64,000 bases of DNA from a virus: IMG/VR virus record IMGVR_UViG_3300045988_120470, positions 31,443 to 95,442 of that record; one strand, given 5' to 3'. Position numbers and translations under genes: made by a program. A model generated the notes under the pieces. It was not told the origin of the DNA, ran no database searches, and saw only the letters and a list, made by a program, of their open reading frames with translations. Of this stretch, positions 47,290-56,343 are shown piece by piece (position 1 is the first letter of the stretch; the number at the start of each line of letters is the position of its first letter).

Positions 47290-47873
47290 AATGTTTTATT
47301 TTTATTATAAAGCCAGGTACAAAAAATAATAGCAAATATAAGAGCTACGATTGTAAACCTTTTCCATCCCGGCATAGACTGAATATCCACCGTATTCTTC
47401 TCCTTCACCACATTCGTACTGTCCTTCTTCGCCCAGTGGGTGCCAACATTCAGCTTATTGCTCAACACAAGGCTGTCTATCGTGTGCTGCATCCGCGTCA
47501 TGATTTCTTCCTGATGCTTCAGTCGTGCCTCGTATGTTGCATTACGCTCATAGTCGCCCTTGCGGTGTATGGTTCGGTCGGTAGTAGTGGTTTTGTTGCC
47601 CTGGGCATCCGTGCTCTCAGTCACTCGCTCCTGGATAGTCTCCTCTCCCCTACCCTTCTCGCTCATGGTGCCGGATGCATGGCTCTCATCCGTGGCAAGA
47701 TGCGCAGTGCTATCGGTCTTCACATCCGACTTCCTCACGCTATCCGTAACGACTGCCACCGTACTGTCCCGTCGCTCCTCGTGACTACCGGTCGCAGTCT
47801 TCCTCGAAGCCGCACAGCCCATGAGTGTGACTACGGCCATAAGCCATAACGTAACATTTCTGATTTTTCCCAT
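47286..47873 (-). CDS. lipoprotein with C-terminal membrane anchor
   Basis: Signal peptide with lipobox ...VVTLMGC|AAS. The middle is Thr/Ser/Asp-rich and the C-terminus is hydrophobic (FTIVALIFAIIFCTWL). Confidence 0.6.
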   Translation of the reverse strand: MGKIRNVTLWLMAVVTLMGCAASRKTATGSHEERRDSTVAVVTDSVRKSDVKTDSTAHLATDESHASGTMSEKGRGEETIQERVTESTDAQGNKTTTTDRTIHRKGDYERNATYEARLKHQEEIMTRMQHTIDSLVLSNKLNVGTHWAKKDSTNVVKEKNTVDIQSMPGWKRFTIVALIFAIIFCTWLYNKNKTL

Positions 47874-47900
47874 ATATATATGTTTGTTGGTTTCCGCTTA

Positions 47901-47908
47901 CAAAATTA
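47901..47908 (-). promoter_or_regulatory. Bacteroidota -7 box (TAATTTTG)
   Basis: 28 nt upstream of the ATG at 47873. The flanking sequence resembles the box at 16621. Confidence 0.45.
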
Positions 47909-47983
47909 AAGAAAGTAGCTGACATCAACAGGACATAATAAAACACCGCCTACCCTACGGGAATGAGTAAGCGGTGTGATTTT

Positions 47984-49423
47984 TTATTTATCCGGCAAAG
48001 AGAATTTCCATTTGATTACTTTGCCGAATACTTGCTTTGAGCATTTTTTTATGTGTGCCATAATATCATCAGACAAGCAACTATCAAACTTTTTGTATTG
48101 CTCCCGACTCGCTTTTAGAAGGATCGCGTTCCCGTCATACGATACAAACGTCATCTTGCGCAGTTCCGAAACTATGTCGCCGTCAAGCATCGCCACAAGC
48201 TGCTGCCATTCTTTTTCGCCCGGCTTCACCTCCTCAACTTCGGCAAAGACAAACGTCATCTGCCGTGGTTCCGCCTTTGCGCTATGCTGTTTTATCCATT
48301 GCTCCATAATGTAGAACACAAAGTCCTCCATCGTACCGCTCCATCTATGTGGCTGCTCCACTGCCTTCGGCACACCATTATAGGCATACGCTTTGAAATC
48401 GCTCCAAAGATCTTCCGGAACCTTCTTGAATATCTCCATCATGCGCTTATCGTCGAGCGTAGGATATATTTCGCATAACGTCTTGCACAGTCGCTTTTCT
48501 GAAGCCTTGCGATGGTCTTGCTTTGCCTTCTTCTGCTCCGCCACCTTCTTAAACTCGATATAGCTCGGTTCGCCAGTCTTCTTGCCTCGCGGACGCACCT
48601 CTTTTATGTCGAAGTAGAAATCAATCTGACCTGCATCGCAAACACGTTTTATATCGTCAAGAGCCGTTTTTATGATGCGCGATTTAAACATACTGTAACG
48701 AGGGTATTTTACGTTAATGACATTTCCATCGGCATCACGCTTGATAAATCCTAAGTAGTCGCGTATTTCAAAAGGAGTAATCTCCACCTTAGACAGCTTA
48801 AAGTTCTTCATCTTGTGTCTGACAAGATAATACATCAACGGCATGTTATCCACCTTGCCGATACGTGCTATATCTTTAGGATGCGACACATAGCCAAGGT
48901 TCATGTCAAACATTTCAAAGACCATATCCGTATTCAAGTAGATGTCTATATATCCTCGTGTGCGGTCCACCTGTACATCAGTCAGTTCATCATCCTCGCC
49001 TAACTTCATTCTCACCTGTGTTCCCTTGTCAGTAACAGGAGTGTCTATCTTTGAGAATATTTGTATCAAGCGTTTTACAGGCTTTCCTTCATCGTCAAAC
49101 GTATTCTTCTCTATCTGCACGTTTAGCACTTCTTTTAACGCCTCACGTACTCTGTTGTACGAACCGGAAGCTACACCCAGCTCACTCAGTTCTATGCGCA
49201 CAGGAGGCAAGTTATCCCTATCCTCACGCGTCATCATAGGCTTAGGATCTTCCTTGGAACCTTGCAGCACAGGATTTTTAAAGTACTTGCCTATATACAC
49301 CTGTAGATGCTCAACCACCTTTACCATGATGTTCTGCTGGAGCAAAGTCAATCCCTTCTGTGCCCTGGCATAAGCGAAAGGTGTGTTGATGTATTTCTTT
49401 ATTAACTGCTTATTGTCTTCCAT
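47984..49423 (-). CDS. plasmid-type replication initiator (Rep_3/RepB-like)
   Basis: 479 aa. N-terminal ...FAYARAQKGLTLLQQNIMVKVVEHLQ... resembles the Rep_3 opening (...ykLsl.eqRll...). The gene abuts the iteron arrays. Confidence 0.6.
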   Translation of the reverse strand: MEDNKQLIKKYINTPFAYARAQKGLTLLQQNIMVKVVEHLQVYIGKYFKNPVLQGSKEDPKPMMTREDRDNLPPVRIELSELGVASGSYNRVREALKEVLNVQIEKNTFDDEGKPVKRLIQIFSKIDTPVTDKGTQVRMKLGEDDELTDVQVDRTRGYIDIYLNTDMVFEMFDMNLGYVSHPKDIARIGKVDNMPLMYYLVRHKMKNFKLSKVEITPFEIRDYLGFIKRDADGNVINVKYPRYSMFKSRIIKTALDDIKRVCDAGQIDFYFDIKEVRPRGKKTGEPSYIEFKKVAEQKKAKQDHRKASEKRLCKTLCEIYPTLDDKRMMEIFKKVPEDLWSDFKAYAYNGVPKAVEQPHRWSGTMEDFVFYIMEQWIKQHSAKAEPRQMTFVFAEVEEVKPGEKEWQQLVAMLDGDIVSELRKMTFVSYDGNAILLKASREQYKKFDSCLSDDIMAHIKKCSKQVFGKVIKWKFSLPDK

Positions 49424-49450
49424 ACCATGTATTTTTGAGTCGTAACCTGT

Positions 49451-49516
49451 AAGTCACTACAAAAGTGTGCCGAAGTCACTACATTTGTGTGCTGTTTTCA
49501 CTACAAAAGTGTGCTG
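49451..49516 (+). repeat. iteron array A (3 x 22 bp)
   Basis: Contiguous copies of AAGTCACTACAAAAGTGTGC(C/T)G-like units with no spacers, 28 nt upstream of the Rep start. Confidence 0.8.
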
Positions 49517-49695
49517 TTTTGTTTTCTAACTCATTGATTTTCATTCTCTTAGCCTTTCAGTAATATAGAATATATAAATATCGGTGATTTTTATTTTTCT
49601 ATAATATATAAATTACTATAGAATCCTCTATATTCTTATATTCTATATTCCGACACGAAATAATAGCTGATTATCAGTTGTTTACATGCCAAAAG

Positions 49696-49783
49696 AGCTC
49701 AGTTTTGTAGTGAAAACGGCTCACTTTTGTAGTGAAAACGGCTCACTCTTGTAGCGAAAACGGCTCACTTTTGTAGTGACTTC
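49696..49783 (-). repeat. iteron array B (4 x 22 bp, inverted relative to array A)
   Basis: GGCTCACTTTTGTAGTGAAAAC x4 with few substitutions. It is separated from array A by a ~180-bp AT-rich stretch full of TATAGAAT/CTATATTC repeats, a candidate unwinding element. Confidence 0.8.
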
Positions 49784-49839
49784 GTAAACAAAACCGTAGG
49801 TTTAGACTTTTAAAGGTACAAACCTACGGTTTTGTTTAC
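49784..49839. repeat. 20-bp perfect inverted repeat
   Basis: GTAAACAAAACCGTAGGTTT-N16-AAACCTACGGTTTTGTTTAC, lying between the par operon stop and the iterons. It could be a terminator or an origin element. Confidence 0.7.
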
Positions 49840-49880
49840 CTCGCGCACATTAAGGTAAAAATATTTAGTAGGATTTTACC

Positions 49881-50321
49881 TTACTTGTTTCTATCCAAGA
49901 ACTCAATCACAGCCTGTAGCGCCAAGTCTTTGATAGGTACACCCGTGCGCATTTTCATCAGGGCAATGCGCTCGTAATACTTCATCGGCACGTAGATAGT
50001 GATGCCGTTCTCGGTCTTCTTGCCCTTCGGCTTACGTATGTTCAAAGCAATATCGTTGCTGAATGATGTGGTTGCCGGTTGATTTGCTACATTTGTCGGT
50101 ATCTCGGTCTCAGTTGTTGTAGAAGCAGTCGGCTTGTCTGTAGCCGGAGTGTCTGAGGATGGAACGGGGACTGCACTCGCTGCCGCTTCCCTACTCTCCT
50201 TGTTTTCCCTATTCTCCTTACGCTGCTGGCTGCCGGATTCCAATATGCGCTCGTTCTCCTCGATAGCATCAGACTCCTCAAGACTGAAACGTTTCGTCTT
50301 CTTCGTCATTTCTCTTGCCAT
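49881..50321 (-). CDS. RHH (ParG/CopG-like) centromere-binding protein candidate
   Basis: 146 aa. The N-terminus is disordered and acidic/Thr-rich. C-terminal ...GITIYVPMKYYERIALMKMRTGVPIKDLALQAVIEFLDRN has a strand-helix-helix shape. It lies directly downstream of parA. Confidence 0.55.
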   Translation of the reverse strand: MAREMTKKTKRFSLEESDAIEENERILESGSQQRKENRENKESREAAASAVPVPSSDTPATDKPTASTTTETEIPTNVANQPATTSFSNDIALNIRKPKGKKTENGITIYVPMKYYERIALMKMRTGVPIKDLALQAVIEFLDRNK

Positions 50322-50332
50322 ACTCTATATTT

Positions 50333-51199
50333 TTATACGTTAAAACTATTTATGATTTCTTTCGTAAATCGCTCGTAGTCCTGCCCTACCCTACAATATC
50401 TGGCATACTCGAAGATGTCCTTGCGCATAGCCTGAGCTTCCACCATCTTGGTGTCTCGCCGTGTATATGCGTCAAACATATAGTCTTGGTACTTCTCGCC
50501 CAGGTATGCCTTAAATTCTTTGGTGGCGTTGGTCTGGTCATTGCTCATAACCATCAGTAAGCCTCGGATGTCAAGGTCGGGGTTCAGATCCTCACGCGTC
50601 TCCTCGATGGCATTGATAATCTCGGCAATACCTTTTGTTGCCAGCACTTCGAGCTGCACGGGCAGAACTACGCTTGTGGCTGCTGTCAGAGCGTTGTACG
50701 TGAGCAACGACATTGCAGGAGGACAGTCTATCAGCACGTAGTCGAAAGCTTCCGTAACGATCGTTACGCCCTCGTCTGCCAGTTCCGTACCGCTCAACTC
50801 GTTCAGTGGTTTTGCGAGCAACTTATAAAGTGCCTTTCGTGGCATTGCTCTCTGGTTTAGGAAGGGTTCGATGGATATAAGCTGCTGCGCTGCCGGAGCA
50901 AGGTAGATGCCCTCGCGTACCTGATAGACGGGCAGATTGCTCTGCTGTACCAATGCGTCGTAAACGGTAGGCTTGCCGACGTTCTGAGTCTCGCTCCATC
51001 CGAAGAGGAATGATGCACATGCCTGCGGGTCAAGGTCAATTATGAGTACACGAGGCAAACGCTTGCGTCCGTCTGCATCCTCACCAAATTTTCCCTTACC
51101 AAAAAGACGTAGACCTGCTGCCAAGCTCTGTACTGTTGTTGTCTTTCCTACTCCACCTTTGTGGTTTACGAAGGCGAGAACTTCTCTGAGTCTTTCCAT
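50333..51199 (-). CDS. parA: ParA/Soj-type partition ATPase
   Basis: 288 aa with the deviant Walker A ...FVNHKGGVGKTTT..., ...VLIIDLDPQ... and ...YVLIDCPP.... Confidence 0.9.
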   Translation of the reverse strand: MERLREVLAFVNHKGGVGKTTTVQSLAAGLRLFGKGKFGEDADGRKRLPRVLIIDLDPQACASFLFGWSETQNVGKPTVYDALVQQSNLPVYQVREGIYLAPAAQQLISIEPFLNQRAMPRKALYKLLAKPLNELSGTELADEGVTIVTEAFDYVLIDCPPAMSLLTYNALTAATSVVLPVQLEVLATKGIAEIINAIEETREDLNPDLDIRGLLMVMSNDQTNATKEFKAYLGEKYQDYMFDAYTRRDTKMVEAQAMRKDIFEYARYCRVGQDYERFTKEIINSFNV

Positions 51200-51272
51200 A
51201 TTCTTTAAGTATTTAAATGTTTATAATATCTATTCCAGTCTTCAGAAACATCATGCTTTCTGTAAAACGTTA

Positions 51273-51280
51273 CAAATTTA
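51273..51280 (-). promoter_or_regulatory. Bacteroidota -7 box (TAAATTTG)
   Basis: 74 nt upstream of the parA ATG. Confidence 0.35.
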
Positions 51281-51316
51281 AGAATTATAATCCATATACG
51301 CAAACATCCACGCACA

Positions 51317-51510
51317 TTTATTTGTTTATTTGTTTTTTAATTGCTTTCTTCATTGCTTTCTTCATTCGTTTCTTTATTTATTAATGTGTGTATTTGTTTA
51401 TTAGTTTATTTATTCATTACTTTATGCATTGATTAATGTCTTGATTTATTAATTTATGTATATGTTTGTGCGTTTATGCGTTTATGTATGGATGTGTTTG
51501 TGTGTTTATA
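51317..51510. repeat. T-rich degenerate short-repeat region upstream of parA
   Basis: Stacked short repeats (TTGCTTTCTTCA x2-3, GTTTATT, TGCGTTTATG x2, TGTGTTTGTGTGTTT). This is a candidate centromere/operator region. Confidence 0.5.
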
Positions 51511-51540
51511 AAAAGCCACAAATGTGCATTTGTGGCTTTG
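51511..51540 (-). terminator. rho-independent terminator
   Basis: AAAGCCACAAATG/CATTTGTGGCTTT 13-bp stem followed by TTTTT on the minus strand, 28 nt after the ligase stop. Confidence 0.7.
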
Positions 51541-51567
51541 TGGGATTGTGTAGTTTCATTTGATGAC

Positions 51568-53070
51568 TTATTCTTTCCTCAGTCCGCCGATCATCGGCAT
51601 TAAGAACACCGCAGCACCCGCAAACGCCAACATCACGACTCCCGTTGACACAGCCATCAGCACCGCCAGTACACCTGCCAACACTTTCTTTACAGTCAGT
51701 CTCTTGTTCTCCCTCACCGTAGTGTCTTCACGCTCCTCTCGCAGCGTCGGCTCGCCTACCTGCGGATAGTTACGCTTGCGCTTCGGCTTCGGCTGGGGTA
51801 TAGGTGCCGGCTCCAGACTCTGATTAATCTCAGGCTCTATAACGCAAGGCTCTACTTCCGGCTCCTGACTCTGATAAATCTCAGGCTCTTCTTCCACTTT
51901 GCCATCAACGCACACGATAACATCGCCGTGCAAACTGACCTCAATCTTGCAACCTGCTACAAGACCCTTCTGGTTGAAAGTCTTCTCGCTTCCGCAGTTG
52001 GCATGGGAAAAACGGTGTCCGTTCATTTCCACTTCGTCAAAGTCGGCTACGAATGTTATCTTGCCAGTCTTCTCACCTATCGTGGTATGATGGCCGCGAT
52101 ATGTGGTGACGGCCTTGAATACGGGGCGAAACTTAAAAGCGCAGTTATACTTTGCGTCATGGTCGGTATGACCGATGCGGTCATAATAGTCGTAGTTGTC
52201 GAACTTGAATACAAGTCCGTCGGTAGGGTAGGGCAGCGACTCACGCTCCACCTCGGCAGAGCACACGATGTTCTCGATGTCCTGCTCCAACTCGGCATCC
52301 GTCTTTTCAAGATTGAGAGCCGACACAAAGCCCGAAGTCTTAAAACCGTTACGCTCCAAGGCTTGCATCGCCGGCATGTGTCTTATCACGCCATCCATAA
52401 TAAGGCGGAAGGGATGAAACTCCAGACGCTTGCACTCGTCCTTTACAGCCACTTTCTTAGACATGATACCGTTGCTCGTAGAACGGGGCGATTTGCCAGC
52501 CTTGCCATAACAGGCAAACTCCTCAAGCGAGATGATCACCTCACCTCTCACCTCCACACGGTCGTACTGGCTCCATACGTCCACCTGAGCAGGAACACCC
52601 TGCACATGCTTTATATGGTCCAGGCAGTCGTTGCCAAACAACTCTTTGCCGTGTCCGTAGGTGGCTTCTGCAAACACTCCCTGACGATATACCAGGCTCA
52701 CGGTCTCACCGTCAAACTTCCACTCTACAGCTACCTCCGTGCCCTTGCTGCTGATGTTGGCAGCACGCTGTTGCGCTCTCAGGTATTTCACCACCGCCTT
52801 GGCATCATGCAGCTTCTTCATGGAGAGGCAAGCCGTGCGACGTGCCACCGTGCGCTTGCCGTTGCCGTTCTCGCTGTAGCACTGCTGGGTAGGTGAGTCG
52901 GACAATATCTCGTCCGCGTGCTGCTCTTCATACTCCTGCAAGGCAAAGTACATAGCGTCGTATTCCTCGTCGCTGACGGTCGGATTGTTCAGTCCGAAAT
53001 ATCTATAGTCGTGCATCTTCACTACGTCTACCAGCGCACGATAATCGTTGAAATTCTCAATCTTAGTCAT
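51568..53070 (-). CDS. NAD-dependent DNA ligase-like protein (adenylation + OB only) with repeat linker and C-terminal TM segments
   Basis: The N-terminus resembles LigA domain Ia (...YRYFGLNNPTVSDEEYDAMYFALQEYEE...) and KxDG is present (...VEWKFDGETV...). No Zn-finger, HhH or BRCT was seen. The C-terminus has an EPE(I/V)...Q repeat and VLAGVLAVLMAVSTGVVMLAFAGAAVFLMPMI. Confidence 0.7.
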   Translation of the reverse strand: MTKIENFNDYRALVDVVKMHDYRYFGLNNPTVSDEEYDAMYFALQEYEEQHADEILSDSPTQQCYSENGNGKRTVARRTACLSMKKLHDAKAVVKYLRAQQRAANISSKGTEVAVEWKFDGETVSLVYRQGVFAEATYGHGKELFGNDCLDHIKHVQGVPAQVDVWSQYDRVEVRGEVIISLEEFACYGKAGKSPRSTSNGIMSKKVAVKDECKRLEFHPFRLIMDGVIRHMPAMQALERNGFKTSGFVSALNLEKTDAELEQDIENIVCSAEVERESLPYPTDGLVFKFDNYDYYDRIGHTDHDAKYNCAFKFRPVFKAVTTYRGHHTTIGEKTGKITFVADFDEVEMNGHRFSHANCGSEKTFNQKGLVAGCKIEVSLHGDVIVCVDGKVEEEPEIYQSQEPEVEPCVIEPEINQSLEPAPIPQPKPKRKRNYPQVGEPTLREEREDTTVRENKRLTVKKVLAGVLAVLMAVSTGVVMLAFAGAAVFLMPMIGGLRKE

Positions 53071-53107
53071 ATTCTATAAAGTATCTAAAATGTTATTATC
53101 GTCCTTG

Positions 53108-53422
53108 TTAATCCTCGTCATCGCCCGGAGTAGAATCCTCGTTGTCGTGCCAGAAATAGGAATACTGCACCATGTCGATAGCTGTTCTCAGATTGTCACC
53201 CGGATATAGCTCTTGATCGAGAACCAGACGTAAAGTCACTTCTTTTCCCGACTTGAAGCAGACTGTCACAACAGCATCTTCTTCTGTGTAGTCATCATCT
53301 TCGCACGGGAAAAAGCTGTAACTCTCAACCTCACGAGCGTCAAAAACTATATTTGCTTAGTTGTCAATACCTTCGCCGCATTGTTTTGCATGTATAAACG
53401 GATAAACTTTCTTTATTGCCAT
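53108..53422 (-). pseudogene. 104-codon ORF with one in-frame TAA (codon 22)
   Basis: MAIKKVYPFIHAKQCGEGIDN*ANIVFDAREVESYSFFPCEDDDY...DDED*. The downstream 82 codons have no start codon of their own. Confidence 0.45.
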
Positions 53423-53447
53423 AATACTTTGTTTTTATTGTTGTTAT

Positions 53448-53621
53448 TTATTTCTGTTCCGGCGCTACCGCCATAATAGTGTGTATGGTGTCAGTGAGGT
53501 ACTTTCCACCACCATGTGCCATTATCCACTCATGCACATCGTCAGTCACTACATATTGTCGTCTTTTGCCACCGATAGCAGGTCTGCCTGCCTTCGATGT
53601 TCCACTCTTTATAATTTCCAT
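53448..53621 (-). CDS. small RHH/CopG-like DNA-binding protein (tentative)
   Basis: 57 aa, below the track cutoff. MEIIKSGTSKAGRPAIGGKRRQYVVTDDVHEWI... follows the GRP...(strand)...helix pattern of RHH proteins. Confidence 0.4.
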   Translation of the reverse strand: MEIIKSGTSKAGRPAIGGKRRQYVVTDDVHEWIMAHGGGKYLTDTIHTIMAVAPEQK

Positions 53622-53633
53622 AATTCCGTGGTT

Positions 53634-54260
53634 TTAATCTTCGTCTATAATATCATCGTCATCATCCTCAGCAAACTCCGAACGCTTCAGCTCCTCAGGC
53701 AACCATGCCGGCCACCAAGTCACGTCCATTGCCCATCGCATCATATCGCCCTGGTCGGTCTTGTAGTTCCAGAACACATGAAGAATTTTGAACACTTCCC
53801 AGGCTTCTGCGTCTGTCAACTCCGACAACACGCCCTTCAGATTCTCCTCCTCGGCTTTCGTCAGGTCCACGCTCTTCTCGAACTCCGCCCAGTCGCATAC
53901 CTCGGCGTACAACATACAAGCAGCGTGGTCTGCGTCCACGTCCGACAACAGAAGGCTGTTGGTAGCTGCTGCCATGGCCAGCCAATATTTTTCGTTGCTC
54001 AACTTCCAGATTGCCGAGCGTCGAGCTTTCCAGTCGCTGAGAGCCACCTCCACATGATTCTCTGCCATCCAGTCGCCTATCTCGCGCATGATACGTGCCA
54101 TTCTCGGAGCGTCGCCACAAGTGAAGCCTTCAGGCATCTTCACCTCCTGACTCTCATTAAACAAACCCTCGCGGAAGTCAATCGCGATACCACACTCGTT
54201 GTCCGTAACCGTCCACATCAGATCCTTGCCCGATGTCAACTCAAATCTTTCTTTTGCCAT
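53634..54260 (-). CDS. hypothetical protein (acidic C-terminus)
   Basis: 208 aa, Trp-rich, ending ...AEDDDDDIIDED. Confidence 0.5.
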   Translation of the reverse strand: MAKERFELTSGKDLMWTVTDNECGIAIDFREGLFNESQEVKMPEGFTCGDAPRMARIMREIGDWMAENHVEVALSDWKARRSAIWKLSNEKYWLAMAAATNSLLLSDVDADHAACMLYAEVCDWAEFEKSVDLTKAEEENLKGVLSELTDAEAWEVFKILHVFWNYKTDQGDMMRWAMDVTWWPAWLPEELKRSEFAEDDDDDIIDED

Positions 54261-54290
54261 AATCCTTTAAGTTTTTGTTATTAATGTTTA

Positions 54291-54515
54291 TTACTCGTGC
54301 TTGTATAGCTGACAATACACGCCGTTTCTCACTCGCTTGATGTAAAACACCGCTTCACCCTTTACTGGCTCATAGTCCGATTTTACAAACATAGTGTTCT
54401 TGCCATCCGTGGCAACATACTTCTCCATCCCGAACACATTCTTCGGAGTGCTATCCTCGTAATAGCTTTTGGCTACCGAGGATAGCTGGAGAGGAGATTT
54501 TTTTTCCTTTTCCAT
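54291..54515 (-). CDS. hypothetical protein
   Basis: 74-aa ORF. Confidence 0.45.
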   Translation of the reverse strand: MEKEKKSPLQLSSVAKSYYEDSTPKNVFGMEKYVATDGKNTMFVKSDYEPVKGEAVFYIKRVRNGVYCQLYKHE

Positions 54516-54528
54516 ATTTTCCGTGAAT

Positions 54529-55932
54529 TTATTTTCTATTCATAACGTAGATGATCACACGATCGGTATAATATGACAAATCGAACATCTTGCCATACTT
54601 GCGAAGGTCAGCAAGGGAAATCTCATTCACTTCGTGACCGACTTCCTTCTCCACAAGGTTCTTGAAGTTCTGGGTACCTGGGCGACAGTTACCAGCGTTC
54701 AGAGAGTCGTCGAAGGTGAACATATACTTCGCCAGTTCTTCCATGCGCTGCTTCCTCTCCGCTGCCTTCTGCGCACGCTTCGCGCGAGCGTTAAGAAGGT
54801 CGAAAGCCTGCTGCTTGCGCTTCTCTGCGTTGATGCGCTTAGCCTCCTTGAGCGTCTTCGCCTCGATGTGCTCACCTCTCACGAGATAGCCCTTCTTTGT
54901 GTCGATGTCGGCAATAGCGCGTCCCTGCTCTACCCATTCACACGCCATGCCGTCGCGCTTGAACTCGCCGCGGTAGAAAGTAATCAGACCGCCTACAAGT
55001 CGGATGCTGTAGCCCTTCTTTATTGTCAGACGGAAGCCGCGTTTAATCATCGGAAAACTACAACTATGGCTATAACCTTCGAAATCCTTCTCCTCACAAC
55101 AGCCGATAGCGTTGAAGTCGCCTACTGCGCAAGTGCGGAACATGACGTGCCCGCCAGTCTTGATGTGACGCTCGATGAAGGTCTCATAGTCATAATTATA
55201 GGCTTCGCCATTCTCATAGAAGATATGACTATTCACATATTCTATATCGCGTACACGCTTCTTCTCGGCTGCTTTCTCGGCTCTCGCAGCCGCTTTTTCT
55301 GCCGCTGCCTTATCCTTAGCATCCTGTTCCAAACGTGCCAGATACTCGTCCCCATTGGCAAAGCCTTCTTTGCTCAGGAACTTGGCAAATGCCTTCTCAG
55401 CAAAGCCGAGTGTACGGCGGACAGCCTTGTCTCGCTTCTGCTCGTCCTTCTCATAAGCACCGAGCATGATGTAATCAGAAAGCAGCTCCACCTCGTTCTT
55501 GCCCTTCAGGTAGTCAGAACGGAGCATCCATGTGGCACAAGCCTCTGACACGCTCGCCAATACCTGTGCGTTAATGCAGCACTTCATGCCATTCTTACGC
55601 TTGTAAGCCTTCTCTACGTCCTTGGCGAACGTAGGGGCAATTATATAAAATCTATTGGAATTGAAGTCCACAGTCGACTCTTCATTTACGTAATGAGAGC
55701 CCCAACCGTCTGCATAATAATCCGTGTAAACGTCCATCTGATAGCTGTCAGCAAGTGGCAGAGAGAAGAATTGTGAGGCATCCCAGCAGTTATATTTCTC
55801 CTTATAACCGAAACGTACTACCGCTACCTCACGACCGCGAGTCTTGTCTGCTTTGTCAAAACGGAATGATCCGAGGAATACTGTAGCGTTCGCCTTAACA
55901 TTGTTCTTGAACTCCTTAAATGTAATAGTCAT
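54529..55932 (-). CDS. hypothetical protein
   Basis: 467 aa with two Lys/Ala/Glu coiled-coil stretches; no motif recognised. Confidence 0.55.
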   Translation of the reverse strand: MTITFKEFKNNVKANATVFLGSFRFDKADKTRGREVAVVRFGYKEKYNCWDASQFFSLPLADSYQMDVYTDYYADGWGSHYVNEESTVDFNSNRFYIIAPTFAKDVEKAYKRKNGMKCCINAQVLASVSEACATWMLRSDYLKGKNEVELLSDYIMLGAYEKDEQKRDKAVRRTLGFAEKAFAKFLSKEGFANGDEYLARLEQDAKDKAAAEKAAARAEKAAEKKRVRDIEYVNSHIFYENGEAYNYDYETFIERHIKTGGHVMFRTCAVGDFNAIGCCEEKDFEGYSHSCSFPMIKRGFRLTIKKGYSIRLVGGLITFYRGEFKRDGMACEWVEQGRAIADIDTKKGYLVRGEHIEAKTLKEAKRINAEKRKQQAFDLLNARAKRAQKAAERKQRMEELAKYMFTFDDSLNAGNCRPGTQNFKNLVEKEVGHEVNEISLADLRKYGKMFDLSYYTDRVIIYVMNRK

Positions 55933-56015
55933 ATTGTGTGCTCATACCCTTGAGACTTAATTAGGCTATCTGGTGCAGCCGATTAATAAAAAATGTTTGT
56001 TTCTTTTATCTGATG

Positions 56016-56023
56016 CAAAGGTA
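56016..56023 (-). promoter_or_regulatory. Bacteroidota -7 box (TACCTTTG)
   Basis: 84 nt upstream of the ATG at 55932. Confidence 0.4.
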
Positions 56024-56166
56024 GCAATAATTTTTTAAACTACCAAATAAATGACGCATAAATTACACATTAATGCGTATTTTATTATTTTCTTTGCGTT
56101 TTTCCGCCAGGCTCCACGGGGGGCACGGGTTTTTCGTGTCTTCTGTGTCGTCTGTCACCTCTCCTT

Positions 56167-56254
56167 GTCGCCCATCCAGGAGCTCGAACCTGGTGCCATG
56201 CCTTGCCGTGGTGGGCGTTGCGCTGCTCGCTATCCTCACGGACTGCCAGCAGCC
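56167..56254 (-). ncRNA. hairpin + tRNA-like element, copy B
   Basis: Minus strand: long hairpin GCTGCTGG..TCC-GTGA-GGA..CGAGCAGC, then CGCCCA / hairpin / CCAGG-TTCGAGCT-CCTGG / TGGGCG. It is collinear with copy C, with compensatory changes in the stems. Confidence 0.45.
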
Positions 56255-56282
56255 TAACAAAATACTCTGATTATGATTATAT

Positions 56283-56334
56283 GCTCCCGCCGATGGAGTC
56301 GAACCTTCGCAAAGGGCCGTGCCGGGCGCGGGAT
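56283..56334 (-). ncRNA. degenerate tRNA-like minihelix, copy A
   Basis: TCCCGC ... GAAGG-TTCGACT-CCATC ... GCGGGA. It shares the CACGGC core with copies B and C but lacks the 5' hairpin. Confidence 0.3.
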
Positions 56335-56343
56335 GGGGTAGGG

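Noticed and set aside
49451-49783. Could the 22-bp repeats be a CRISPR array?
   Set aside because: The units are contiguous with no spacers. They occur as two inverted arrays around an AT-rich core, directly upstream of a Rep-like gene. That is iteron/origin architecture, and no cas genes are present.
56221-56254. The GNRA-capped hairpin as SRP RNA domain IV or group II intron domain V.
   Set aside because: The resemblance is only superficial (CAG.TCC-GNRA-GGA.AGC). The conserved SRP GGAA/AGCA loops and the domain V AGC triad with its 2-nt bulge are absent. The element is also present in several copies next to tRNA-like helices.
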